A DNA stretch of 64,000 nt from an uncultured Bacilli bacterium (GTDB lineage Bacteria; Bacillota_I; Bacilli_A; RF39; UBA660), in assembly GCA_944332295.1 (NCBI GenBank), contig CALVJR010000003.1:21201-85200 (forward strand), given 5' to 3'. The translations under genes and the position numbers were made by a program. The first letter of the stretch is position 1; each line of letters begins with the position of its first letter. This document shows, in pieces, positions 55,782 through 64,000 of the stretch. The notes below the pieces were generated by a model, which made no database searches, had not been told where the DNA came from, and saw only the letters and a program-made list of their open reading frames with translations.

Positions 55782-56591
55782 TCACTTTTTATACTTATCT
55801 AAACGTAATACCTTACATATATGTTTATCATTCAGTAATTCTTTTGGATGATTTAATAAATAATCATAACGACTATCTAAATGAACCTGATTTGAGATAG
55901 CATGAACTTGGTATTTACAATCTTGGTTTCTTAAATAAGACTCGTTTAAAGCTATATTCTTGACTTTTTTGTTACCGTTAGTCTCTAAATACGCAGAAGT
56001 TAGAAGTAGCTGTTCTTCAAAAGAACGTTTTTCTACCATTAGCTTTTGCTTCATGAAGTGATATACATAATAATATTCTAGAAAACTTTCATATATATAG
56101 GCCATAATCATTTGTTCATCAAAAGTTCTATTCTTTACTATATATCCTTTTTTTAGAATTCCAATAGTAGCAATATTTTTAGATTTAGAATTGAGATAAA
56201 CTTTAATAGCAGCATTTAATTCATCATAAGTTCTATAATCAGCCCAGAGACTAGAACGCATTATATTGATTAAATCTTTATCATATTCATTTTCTTTTGC
56301 TAGAGTAATGAATTGTTCTATTTGTGATAAATCATATTTACCGTTTACTGCATCTGATTTTAAAAGCATATATAAGTTTTCATCAAAATCTGATTGAATA
56401 AATTTTTTTATAAGACTTATCTGTTCCCTACAACTATACTTCTTTAACAACATATGAGAAATAATAAGATAATAAACATCTTCATTACATCCGCTTTCCC
56501 AATATAATTGCTCTAAATCTTGTTGTTCTTCTTTTGCTCTAAGACTACAGAATAGTTCATCGTTAAATAATTTATTTGCTTCCATGTACAA
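55782..56591 (-). CDS. Hypothetical protein with 5-6 internal helical repeats
   Basis: Recurring (K/R)x(S/T/D)(F/Y/C/L)xE(Q/L)-helix units: KYSCREQISLI, KYDLSQIEQFI, YRTYDELNAAI, NRTFDEQMIMA, KRSFEEQLLLT. Confidence 0.5.
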   Translation of the reverse strand: MYMEANKLFNDELFCSLRAKEEQQDLEQLYWESGCNEDVYYLIISHMLLKKYSCREQISLIKKFIQSDFDENLYMLLKSDAVNGKYDLSQIEQFITLAKENEYDKDLINIMRSSLWADYRTYDELNAAIKVYLNSKSKNIATIGILKKGYIVKNRTFDEQMIMAYIYESFLEYYYVYHFMKQKLMVEKRSFEEQLLLTSAYLETNGNKKVKNIALNESYLRNQDCKYQVHAISNQVHLDSRYDYLLNHPKELLNDKHICKVLRLDKYKK

Positions 56592-56880
56592 TTCTCCTCT
56601 ATTTATAAATACTATTCCCTTTAATATTTCTTTGTGAGTTGTATTATAATACTAAAGCTTTATTTTAACAACTTTTTTCTTTTCATATGTGATAAATGTC
56701 GCTATAAAATCTGTTAGTTAAGTGATTAATAACTCATTTATGTCTTTTATCGATTACTATAACTATACACTATCACTCCCTATTATCCTAGTATCATAAT
56801 TCTTTTTTCACCTATTTCCCATATTCTGTTCACTTTTATTTCACAATTTGAACATATACTTTTTTCGGAAAGGAGAAATT

Positions 56881-58410
56881 ATGATTGTTGTAAAGAATGC
56901 ATTTCGTAATATGATACGAAATAAAGCAAGAAACTTTTTGATTGGTATTATTATTACGATAATAACGCTATGTACTTGTATTGCTTTAGCAATTCATCAA
57001 GCTGGTGTTAATTTAGTTAGGACATATAAAGATACAAACCCTCTTTCTATTTCTTTTTTACTTAATATGAATGAATTAAGAGATGCTAGTGATGATGAAA
57101 AAAATGATTTTCAAAGTCTAACTGTTGAAGATGTTGAAAATTATGGAGATAGTGATTTGGTGAAAGATTACTATTATACTTTGGAGTCTAGTCTTTCCTC
57201 TGATACTATTGAGGCGGCTAGTGACAATGTAAGACCAGAAAATGATGAAAATCGTCCAGAGGATGCTCCCGATGATAAGGGAGAAGGTCGTGGTCAAGGA
57301 ATGACTGATATTGGTAACTTTAGAATTACAGCCTACTCTAATTTTGGTTATCTTACAGATTTTGTAGAAGGAAGTAAAAAAATCACAGATGGTGTTATGG
57401 TTACCGGTGATAGTGATGAAGATGAAATTGTTATTTCCGAAAGTTTAGCTGAAGATAACGACTTGGAAGTTGGAGACGAGATAAGTTTCTATTTACCAGA
57501 GAATGAAGATGTGACTTATACCTTTACTATTGTTGGTATCTTTGAAGTGGAAGAAGATGATAGTTCCTCTAGTTTTATGAATATGAATGTGTTAAGTAGT
57601 TCTAATCAAATGTATGCCAATATTCATAGCTTGGAAGAGATTTTAGATGATATGGATGAGGATGAAAGTAAACTTGTTCAAAACAATGAACTTAGTGCAT
57701 CCTTCTATTTAACAGATAATGATCTTGTGGATGAGTTTGAAGAGGAAGTTCGTAATAAAGGTCTTAGTGATTATTATACAGTATCTACGAATGAACAAGA
57801 ACTACTTGCATCTTTAGAAGCAATTCAAAATATCGTTAACTTTTCTGTTCAATTCTTAATTGTTATTTTAATTATTGGTATTGTTGTATTAACGATTATT
57901 AATTTTTTAAATATTCGTGATAGGAAATATGAAATTGGAGTTTTACGAGCAATTGGAATGAGTAAAACGAAAGTAACTTCTCTTTTGATCTTGGAAATTT
58001 TCTTTGTTGCTTTGGTTTCTTTAGTTATTGGTACTTCTACTGGTACCCTACTCGCCCAACCAGTTACTAATAAAATTCTAGAAAATGAAATTACTTCTTA
58101 TGCAGATACACAGATGAATACACAAAATAATTTTGGTGGTGAAGGATTTGAAAAACCTTCTGAAGAAGTTAGAGGAAATTCTAATAATGCTCCTTCGCAG
58201 GGTGGTGAAAAGCCTAATACTGCTGGTAATAGACCAGGTTCCCGTCAGGTCGTTACAGATTATGTTGATTCTCTAACCGTTCATATCTGTTATCTGACTA
58301 TTTTAGAGTTATTTGGTATTAGTATATTATTAATTGTTGGTAGTAGTGTTGTTGCCTGTTTATTTGTTAATAAATATAATCCTAATGCCATTTTGCAAAA
58401 CAGAAATTAA
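56881..58410 (+). CDS. MacB/FtsX-type ABC permease (4 TM, large acidic extracellular domain), module 3
   Basis: N-terminal TM, a ~300-aa D/E-rich loop, and a C-terminal FtsX block (RDRKYEIGVLRAIGMSK). The start is taken at MIVVKNAF (SD AAAGGAG). Confidence 0.8.
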   Translation: MIVVKNAFRNMIRNKARNFLIGIIITIITLCTCIALAIHQAGVNLVRTYKDTNPLSISFLLNMNELRDASDDEKNDFQSLTVEDVENYGDSDLVKDYYYTLESSLSSDTIEAASDNVRPENDENRPEDAPDDKGEGRGQGMTDIGNFRITAYSNFGYLTDFVEGSKKITDGVMVTGDSDEDEIVISESLAEDNDLEVGDEISFYLPENEDVTYTFTIVGIFEVEEDDSSSSFMNMNVLSSSNQMYANIHSLEEILDDMDEDESKLVQNNELSASFYLTDNDLVDEFEEEVRNKGLSDYYTVSTNEQELLASLEAIQNIVNFSVQFLIVILIIGIVVLTIINFLNIRDRKYEIGVLRAIGMSKTKVTSLLILEIFFVALVSLVIGTSTGTLLAQPVTNKILENEITSYADTQMNTQNNFGGEGFEKPSEEVRGNSNNAPSQGGEKPNTAGNRPGSRQVVTDYVDSLTVHICYLTILELFGISILLIVGSSVVACLFVNKYNPNAILQNRN

Positions 58411-58420
58411 GGAGGTAGTT

Positions 58421-59083
58421 ATGAAATCAATTTTAAAAACAACAAATTTGTCTTTTTCTTACGATAAAGTTCACCCTGTATTGCAAGATATTAATTTAGA
58501 ATTTTTTAAAGGAAAAGTCTATGGGATTTTTGGAAAAAGTGGTGCTGGTAAAAGTACATTACTCTCTTTACTAGCTGGACTTGAAAAGATAGAAGAAGGT
58601 TGTATTTTTTATCAGGATTCCGACTTAGCTCGTTGTAATTTAGATTATTATCGTTCTCATGATATTGGGATTGTATTTCAAGCATATAATCTGCTTCCAC
58701 AATTAACGGCAATTGAGAATGTGGTACTATCTATAGAACTTAATAATCCAAAGGAAAAAAGCAAAGAAGAAAAAGCAAAAACACTACTAAAAAAAGTTGG
58801 TATTCGTGATGATTTAATGAAACATAAAATTTTAAAATTATCTGGTGGTGAACAACAACGGGTTGCGATTGCTAGAGCGTTATCTTATGATGCCGATATT
58901 ATTTTAGCGGATGAACCAACTGGGAACTTAGATCCAGACACTGAAGATGAAATTATTAACTTGTTTTTAGATATCGCTCATAAAGAAGGAAAATGTGTCA
59001 TTATTATTTCTCATTCTAGAGAAGTAAAAAAACATGTAGATATTTGTTATCATTTGGTTCATGGAAAAATTACTGCACAATAA
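58421..59083 (+). CDS. ABC ATP-binding protein, module 3
   Basis: Walker A GKSGAGKST, SGGEQQR, ILADEPTGNLD. The start is taken at MKSILK (SD AAGGAGG); the track extension from 58334 lies inside the permease gene. Confidence 0.9.
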   Translation: MKSILKTTNLSFSYDKVHPVLQDINLEFFKGKVYGIFGKSGAGKSTLLSLLAGLEKIEEGCIFYQDSDLARCNLDYYRSHDIGIVFQAYNLLPQLTAIENVVLSIELNNPKEKSKEEKAKTLLKKVGIRDDLMKHKILKLSGGEQQRVAIARALSYDADIILADEPTGNLDPDTEDEIINLFLDIAHKEGKCVIIISHSREVKKHVDICYHLVHGKITAQ

Positions 59084-59099
59084 AAGAGGTTAAGTTTTT

Positions 59100-60128
59100 T
59101 TACTTAGTCTCTTTTTCTAATACCTTATAATAATCATCTTTAAAAAATGATATCTTTACACAAGTAAATTCTTTTTCTTTAGACTTAACACTTATTTTAT
59201 GGCCCAGTTTTGTACATAGTTTTTTTACAATATATAATCCCATCCCTGTAGACTTTTTACTAGTACGACCATTTTTTCCAGTATAAGTTTTATCAAAAAT
59301 TCTTGGTAAATCTGCTTCTGGTATTCCTATTCCATTATCGTAAATTGCAAAGTCGATTCTATCTTTTTCTTCTTTTGCTACTATTTTAATAAAGGCATTT
59401 TTTTCTTTACTATATTTAATACTATTATCTACAATTTGATTAATAATAAACTCTAGCCATTTCGAATCTGTTAGGACCTCGATATCTACATCACTTACAA
59501 TAAAGTCGATTCCCTTGGCTAAGAGAACATCTTTGTTCTTTAAAGCAACGTTACTAATTACTTTCGATAAATTTACTTTGGTAATTAAGTAATCTTTCTC
59601 TGCGTTTTCACTACGTACATAATATAATATTTGTTCTAGGTAATTATCTAGTCGTGTTAGTTGGGATAATAACTTCTTATTTTGTTCGTCTCTATGATTA
59701 TGTACCATTAAAGTCAGAGAAGAAACAGGAAGTTTTACTTCATGAATCCAAAGCTCTACATATTCTCTAAAATTTTCTGTTTGTTTTTTATATTCATTAA
59801 TCTTCTCTATCATTGATTTATCAATTTCATATAGAGCATCTGTTAGTATTTTTCCTTCTAAAAAATTAGGATCTTGTAACATTTCAACAATTAAATATTT
59901 TTGATCTAAGTTATCTAATTTGTTTTTAAAGTCAGTATAAAATGTCTTTTTTCTAATATAGTCTACTATTAATATCGTAATTAATCCTACCAAATAAGTA
60001 AAGGTAATCGCTAGTGTTGCTTCTATGTTTACTTTAAAAGCAAGAAGTATTAATAAGATGACAAAATAAATACTAGTTCCAATTATTAGATATAGACGTT
60101 TATCCTTTAAATATTCTTTGTTACTCAT
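59100..60128 (-). CDS. BceS-type intramembrane-sensing histidine kinase (module 3 side)
   Basis: Two N-terminal TMs, H-box WIHEVKLPVSSL, and NSIKYS, DNGIGI, STGMGLYIV. The start is taken at MSNKEY, overlapping the regulator stop by 8 nt. Confidence 0.85.
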   Translation of the reverse strand: MSNKEYLKDKRLYLIIGTSIYFVILLILLAFKVNIEATLAITFTYLVGLITILIVDYIRKKTFYTDFKNKLDNLDQKYLIVEMLQDPNFLEGKILTDALYEIDKSMIEKINEYKKQTENFREYVELWIHEVKLPVSSLTLMVHNHRDEQNKKLLSQLTRLDNYLEQILYYVRSENAEKDYLITKVNLSKVISNVALKNKDVLLAKGIDFIVSDVDIEVLTDSKWLEFIINQIVDNSIKYSKEKNAFIKIVAKEEKDRIDFAIYDNGIGIPEADLPRIFDKTYTGKNGRTSKKSTGMGLYIVKKLCTKLGHKISVKSKEKEFTCVKISFFKDDYYKVLEKETK

Positions 60129-60786
60129 GTAAAATATACCCTTGCCCTTTCCTTGTTTCAATAGCTTCTTCATAACCTATTTCTTTTAGTTTTGAACGAA
60201 GACGAGATATGTTTACGGTTAAAGCGTTATCATTAATATATTCATCGTTATTCCATAAGTCTGTCATTAATTCGTCACGGGTTACAATCTTACCTTGATG
60301 CTGCAATAGATATAAGAAAATAATCATTTCATTTTTCGTTAAAATGATTTCATCGTTTTCCTGCTTTACTATTCCTTTCTGGGGAATTACTTCTAAATTA
60401 TGGTAGAAAATTTTATCAGATACTCGCTCACTTCTTTTTAGTACGGCACCTATTCTAAGTAATAAAATAGTAGGATTATATGGTTTTGTGATGTAATCAT
60501 CTGCGCCATAGGACATTGATAATACTTCATCTACTTCTGTATTTTTACTAGTTACCATAATTATAGGAATGTTATTTTCTTTTCTAATTTGTTGAAGTAG
60601 AAGTTCCCCATTAATTTTTGGTAAATTTATATCTAATAAGATAAGATTCGGTTGTTCTTTTCTTACTTGCTCTAAAATATTAGAAAAGTCTTCTGTTACT
60701 TCTGCAAGATACCCTGATCTTTGTAATATTTCTTTTAATTCATTTGCTATAGATAAATCATCTTCTATGATTTTAATTTTTATCAT
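60121..60786 (-). CDS. OmpR/BceR-type response regulator
   Basis: Receiver domain (ILLDINLP, TKPY) plus a winged-helix output domain. Confidence 0.9.
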   Translation of the reverse strand: MIKIKIIEDDLSIANELKEILQRSGYLAEVTEDFSNILEQVRKEQPNLILLDINLPKINGELLLQQIRKENNIPIIMVTSKNTEVDEVLSMSYGADDYITKPYNPTILLLRIGAVLKRSERVSDKIFYHNLEVIPQKGIVKQENDEIILTKNEMIIFLYLLQHQGKIVTRDELMTDLWNNDEYINDNALTVNISRLRSKLKEIGYEEAIETRKGQGYILHE

Positions 60787-60810
60787 ATCTTAATACCCTT
60801 TCTTTTTCTT

Positions 60811-62415
60811 TTATTTTTGTTTTACTAATTCTCTACCTTTTATCGGTATCATTCCATGAGCTTGATTTGCTAAATATTGATAGAATTTTTTCTTTTCTGG
60901 TCCTAAAAATTCTGGAAATTGATATTTGCCACTCATTGCTTCTACTGATAATAGTTCCTTTTCTGTATCCTCTATACTCATATGATATTTTGCTGCGCAA
61001 TATTCTATAAAATAATCACAAGGATTTGGTTTTTCAATGTTTGATAATGTTATGGTTTCATTCTCTACTTTTGCTAAAGACTCAAACTCTCCTTCCTCGT
61101 CGATTAATGTTTGTTTGTTAAATGGTAACAGACGTGTAGAAGGGATTACCATATCTTGATCGATACAAATACGTATTTTAGTGGCTGTAAAAGCTTGTAG
61201 AAAGGCAAGATTTTCTTCTAATGTCATTTCAGGATGCTGTTCGTTTAATACAATTAGATTATTATAAAATATTTTTGAAATTTGGTTATATACACTATCT
61301 ATTATACTTTGTTGAGCAGTATCAGTGTATTTTAGTTTTGAATAATTGATGCTGTTAGTAGAATCTAGTAGTAAATCTAATCCTCTTAAGGCGGTTATTG
61401 TATCAAGAAAGAATTTTTCTTTATCTTTTCCGTATACAGGAAACTCTTTTAAAAAACTTTCTACATCGTTATAAATGCTATTCGCCAATAAATCGTCTAT
61501 TTGATAGTTGTCATTTAATGCTAATGCTGCTTGTAGTAAATCTAATCCATCATTATAATTCATATATGCTATTTGATAATAACCTGTTAATTCTTGTGCA
61601 TACTTTGCGGCATAGTATTCTTCAATAAACGGAGGCATTAAATACGATAGATAATCTTCGTTTTTATTATCTATACAATTATTTGAAAACAAATGAAATC
61701 CTTCATGATATATAGTATCCTCTCTTTGTTTTTCAGGAAGAATATCATAGATTGGATAAAAAACTATTTGATTATTATATGTTGAAGCAACTATATTTTC
61801 TTTATCAAGATTACTTTGTAATAAAGCATAATACTCTAATTTACAAGCTAACTCTTCTGTATCATAGTTTGGGAAATCTTGTTTTACTTGATTATATGTT
61901 GTTTCTAATGTTTCTACCATATCCTTTATTTCTTCTTCTGAAAAAGATTCTGTCTTTTCTAGAGAAATATTTGATTTACCCTCTGTTTTTTTACTTGTTT
62001 CATATATCTTTTTACTAACTTCTTCCCATTTTATACTATCTGCTTTCTCGTCATATAAAGTTTGGTGCTCGTGACTATCACTTTCCTCATTATACTCTTT
62101 ATAGGCCATTGCAATATTATCTTTGCTAATGCCTAATGCTTCCATATACATATTATCAATGTTGATACTACTAATTTGATTAATTACTGTATTAGCGTTC
62201 TCTGATACCAAGGTAGCCGTATCTTGCATTAATTCATTAATTATTTTGGTCTCTTCTGTCTCTTCTTTTTCGTCTATTATTTCTTGGACTACATACGCCA
62301 TACTTTGTCCTAAGCTATATCCAATACCTGATCCTATTAGTGCTGATATTACAAAACTTTTTAATCTACTCTTTGTTTCTTTTGTCATAAAAACCCTTCT
62401 TTTTCGCGTAGACAT
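60811..62415 (-). CDS. Membrane-anchored protein of unknown function with HExxH motif
   Basis: 534 aa. N-terminal TM (FVISALIGSGIGYSLG). IYHEGFHLF at about residue 235. The C-terminal ~200 aa are paralogous to 63390..64000. Confidence 0.55.
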   Translation of the reverse strand: MSTRKRRVFMTKETKSRLKSFVISALIGSGIGYSLGQSMAYVVQEIIDEKEETEETKIINELMQDTATLVSENANTVINQISSINIDNMYMEALGISKDNIAMAYKEYNEESDSHEHQTLYDEKADSIKWEEVSKKIYETSKKTEGKSNISLEKTESFSEEEIKDMVETLETTYNQVKQDFPNYDTEELACKLEYYALLQSNLDKENIVASTYNNQIVFYPIYDILPEKQREDTIYHEGFHLFSNNCIDNKNEDYLSYLMPPFIEEYYAAKYAQELTGYYQIAYMNYNDGLDLLQAALALNDNYQIDDLLANSIYNDVESFLKEFPVYGKDKEKFFLDTITALRGLDLLLDSTNSINYSKLKYTDTAQQSIIDSVYNQISKIFYNNLIVLNEQHPEMTLEENLAFLQAFTATKIRICIDQDMVIPSTRLLPFNKQTLIDEEGEFESLAKVENETITLSNIEKPNPCDYFIEYCAAKYHMSIEDTEKELLSVEAMSGKYQFPEFLGPEKKKFYQYLANQAHGMIPIKGRELVKQK

Positions 62416-62502
62416 ATTATATCATAAATCGTAATTAAAATCTACTCTTGATAGAAGTTTAAATCGTTATTTTACTTAATTTTCTACAATAAAAAAGAGA
62501 GA

Positions 62503-63207
62503 CTAATCTCTTTCTTCTGTAATAAAATCTACTATAGAATCAATATGGGCTTGTGTTGTATCATATACTGGAATATCAATATCTTCTGGTTTGATTAACA
62601 TTTCTATTTCCGTACATCCTAGAATGACTCCTTCGATATTATCTTCTTTTATCATATGATTAATACAATCCTTATAATATTTTTGGGATGATTCCTTTAT
62701 TTCTCCTTTACATAATTCATCAAAAATAATGCGATTAATTTCTTCTATTTCTTCTTTGTTTTTAGGGATTACTATTTCTAGACCGTTCTTTTTTAATCTA
62801 TTCTTTAAAAAATCTTCTTCCATCGTATATTTGGTACCAAGTAATCCAATTTTCTTTTTCTTATCTTTGATACATTTTTTACTGACACAGTCTGCAATAT
62901 GAATTAATGGTATCGATATTTCTTTTTCTATATCGTCTGCTACTTTATGAATAGTATTGGTTGCAATTGCTATTCCATCTACTCCTGAGTTCTCTAGAAT
63001 TTTCGCAACTGGTATTAAGCTACCTTTTATTCCTTCCCAGTCACTCTTTAACATCTTTTGACGTATTGGACCAAAGTTTACATTATAAATAAGCATTTCT
63101 GCACAAGTTAGCCCTCCTAGTTTTTTATTTACACCATCGTTAATTCTTTCATAGTAATGAATGGAAGATTCATAACTCATTCCTCCAATAATTCCTATTT
63201 TTTTCAT
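62503..63207 (-). CDS. Asp/Glu racemase-family protein (Thr/Cys type)
   Basis: KIGIIGGMSYESSIHYY. The first catalytic motif reads IATNTIH (Thr in place of Cys) and the second reads ILGCTE. Confidence 0.8.
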   Translation of the reverse strand: MKKIGIIGGMSYESSIHYYERINDGVNKKLGGLTCAEMLIYNVNFGPIRQKMLKSDWEGIKGSLIPVAKILENSGVDGIAIATNTIHKVADDIEKEISIPLIHIADCVSKKCIKDKKKKIGLLGTKYTMEEDFLKNRLKKNGLEIVIPKNKEEIEEINRIIFDELCKGEIKESSQKYYKDCINHMIKEDNIEGVILGCTEIEMLIKPEDIDIPVYDTTQAHIDSIVDFITEERD

Positions 63208-63389
63208 AATATCCTCCTTTTGTATTACTATAACGATAAAGTGTGAAATGTATATGAAATAAGCTGGTATTTAACAAAAAAGATAGTTGATAAAATATAA
63301 AACTTATGATAGAAATTATCGACTGTTTCCTATTATAAAGTAAAATAGTCTAGTTAAGACAATACGATTTTAAATAGTTTCAGGTGAAG

Positions 63390-64000
63390 TTATTTTTGTT
63401 CTTTTACTAACGTTCTTGGGTATGAATCATATACATCACGATTATCTTCATATAAGAATTGATAAAACTGTTGCTTTTCTTCTCCTAAAAATGCTGGAAA
63501 TTGATAATCTGTTATTGATATTTCTATATTTTGTATTTCATTTTTTAACTCTTCTGTTGTTTTATAATACCTTTCTGCTAAATAGTTTAGAAAAATATCT
63601 TTATAATAGTAAAAATCGTTGTTAGAAGATTTTGATAGCATCTTGTTATTAAAACTATTTTCTATTAAAGTAGTTGAATTTTCTTCTATTGTCTTATCTA
63701 AAAAAGTGTCATCTGTTATAATATTTGCTGTTAACTTGGAGAATAAATTTATAAAAGCTACATTGTCTTCTAAAGACATTTCTTTATGATGTTCATTTAA
63801 GACGATTAGATTATTAAAATATATTTTTGCAAAGTGGTTGTATACTTTATTTTTTATTTCAGTTTGTGCTTCTTTTGTATATGATAATTCTGGATAGTTT
63901 GTATTTAAATGATCAATCCACTCTTGATTGGGTTTTATAAGTATATCTAACCCTTTTAAGGCTTTCAAATTATCTAAGAAGAATTGTTCTTCTTCTTTTC
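63390..64000 (-). CDS. Paralog of 60811..62415, partial (continues past window end)
   Basis: The frame is open to position 64000. EEEQFFLDNLKALKGLDIL aligns with KEKFFLDTITALRGLDLL of the paralog. Shared blocks: FYNNLIVLNE(Q/H)H, YQFP(E/A)FLG and the terminal LVK(Q/E)QK. Confidence 0.6.
   Translation of the reverse strand, partial: KEEEQFFLDNLKALKGLDILIKPNQEWIDHLNTNYPELSYTKEAQTEIKNKVYNHFAKIYFNNLIVLNEHHKEMSLEDNVAFINLFSKLTANIITDDTFLDKTIEENSTTLIENSFNNKMLSKSSNNDFYYYKDIFLNYLAERYYKTTEELKNEIQNIEISITDYQFPAFLGEEKQQFYQFLYEDNRDVYDSYPRTLVKEQK

Noticed and set aside
58334-58420. Track start of the module-3 ATPase at 58334, and likewise 56848 for the permease.
   Set aside because: Both extensions lack an SD. 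The internal ATGs at 58421 and 56881 are preceded by AAGGAGG and AAAGGAG and give canonical N-termini.

Overview
This is a 64-kb chromosomal window from a very AT-rich, low-GC Gram-positive spore-former. It carries spoIIM, spoIVB and a GerA-type receptor subunit. The gene style resembles Erysipelotrichia or Clostridia, but the taxon cannot be proven from this window. Nearly all genes are on the minus strand. (i) 1-4.6 kb is the right end of a filamentous-phage (inovirus)-like element. It holds nine tightly overlapping small genes, including a Zot/pI-like P-loop ATPase, a coat-like 71-aa protein and three unannotated 28-33 aa hydrophobic ORFs, followed by an XRE/HTH regulatory arm with repeated palindromic operators. 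(ii) 4.6-19.5 kb is housekeeping: mnmA, spoIIM, spoIVB, xseBA, nusB, mutS, a degenerate Y-family polymerase homolog, murC, queH and zupT. (iii) 19.4-23.9 kb is a small accessory, decaying patch. It has two adjacent broken genes (a homopolymer frameshift and an in-frame stop), an unknown three-gene operon and a stand-alone cas6 with intact catalytic residues. There is no CRISPR array and no other cas gene in the window. (iv) 24-37 kb is mixed: a TrmA-family methyltransferase, a GerA-like subunit, a pentapeptide/M23/DUF3006/MBL operon, three ORFan genes next to tRNA-Arg(CCT), rnj, rnc and a yidD ORF that reads in frame into a ZnuA-like lipoprotein. (v) 37.4-38.8 kb is an intact IS3-family (IS150-like) element. 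(vi) 39.8-64 kb is an envelope-stress / antimicrobial-peptide-resistance island. It has two BceAB-type ABC pairs, one MacB/FtsX-type ABC pair, two BceRS-type two-component systems, two VanZ-domain genes (one fused to an XRE HTH), YfhO, and several unknown families including a paralog pair, one member of which carries an HExxH motif. No rRNA genes were seen. All product calls come from reading motifs by eye. No database search or computation was run, so family names are recognitions, not hits.
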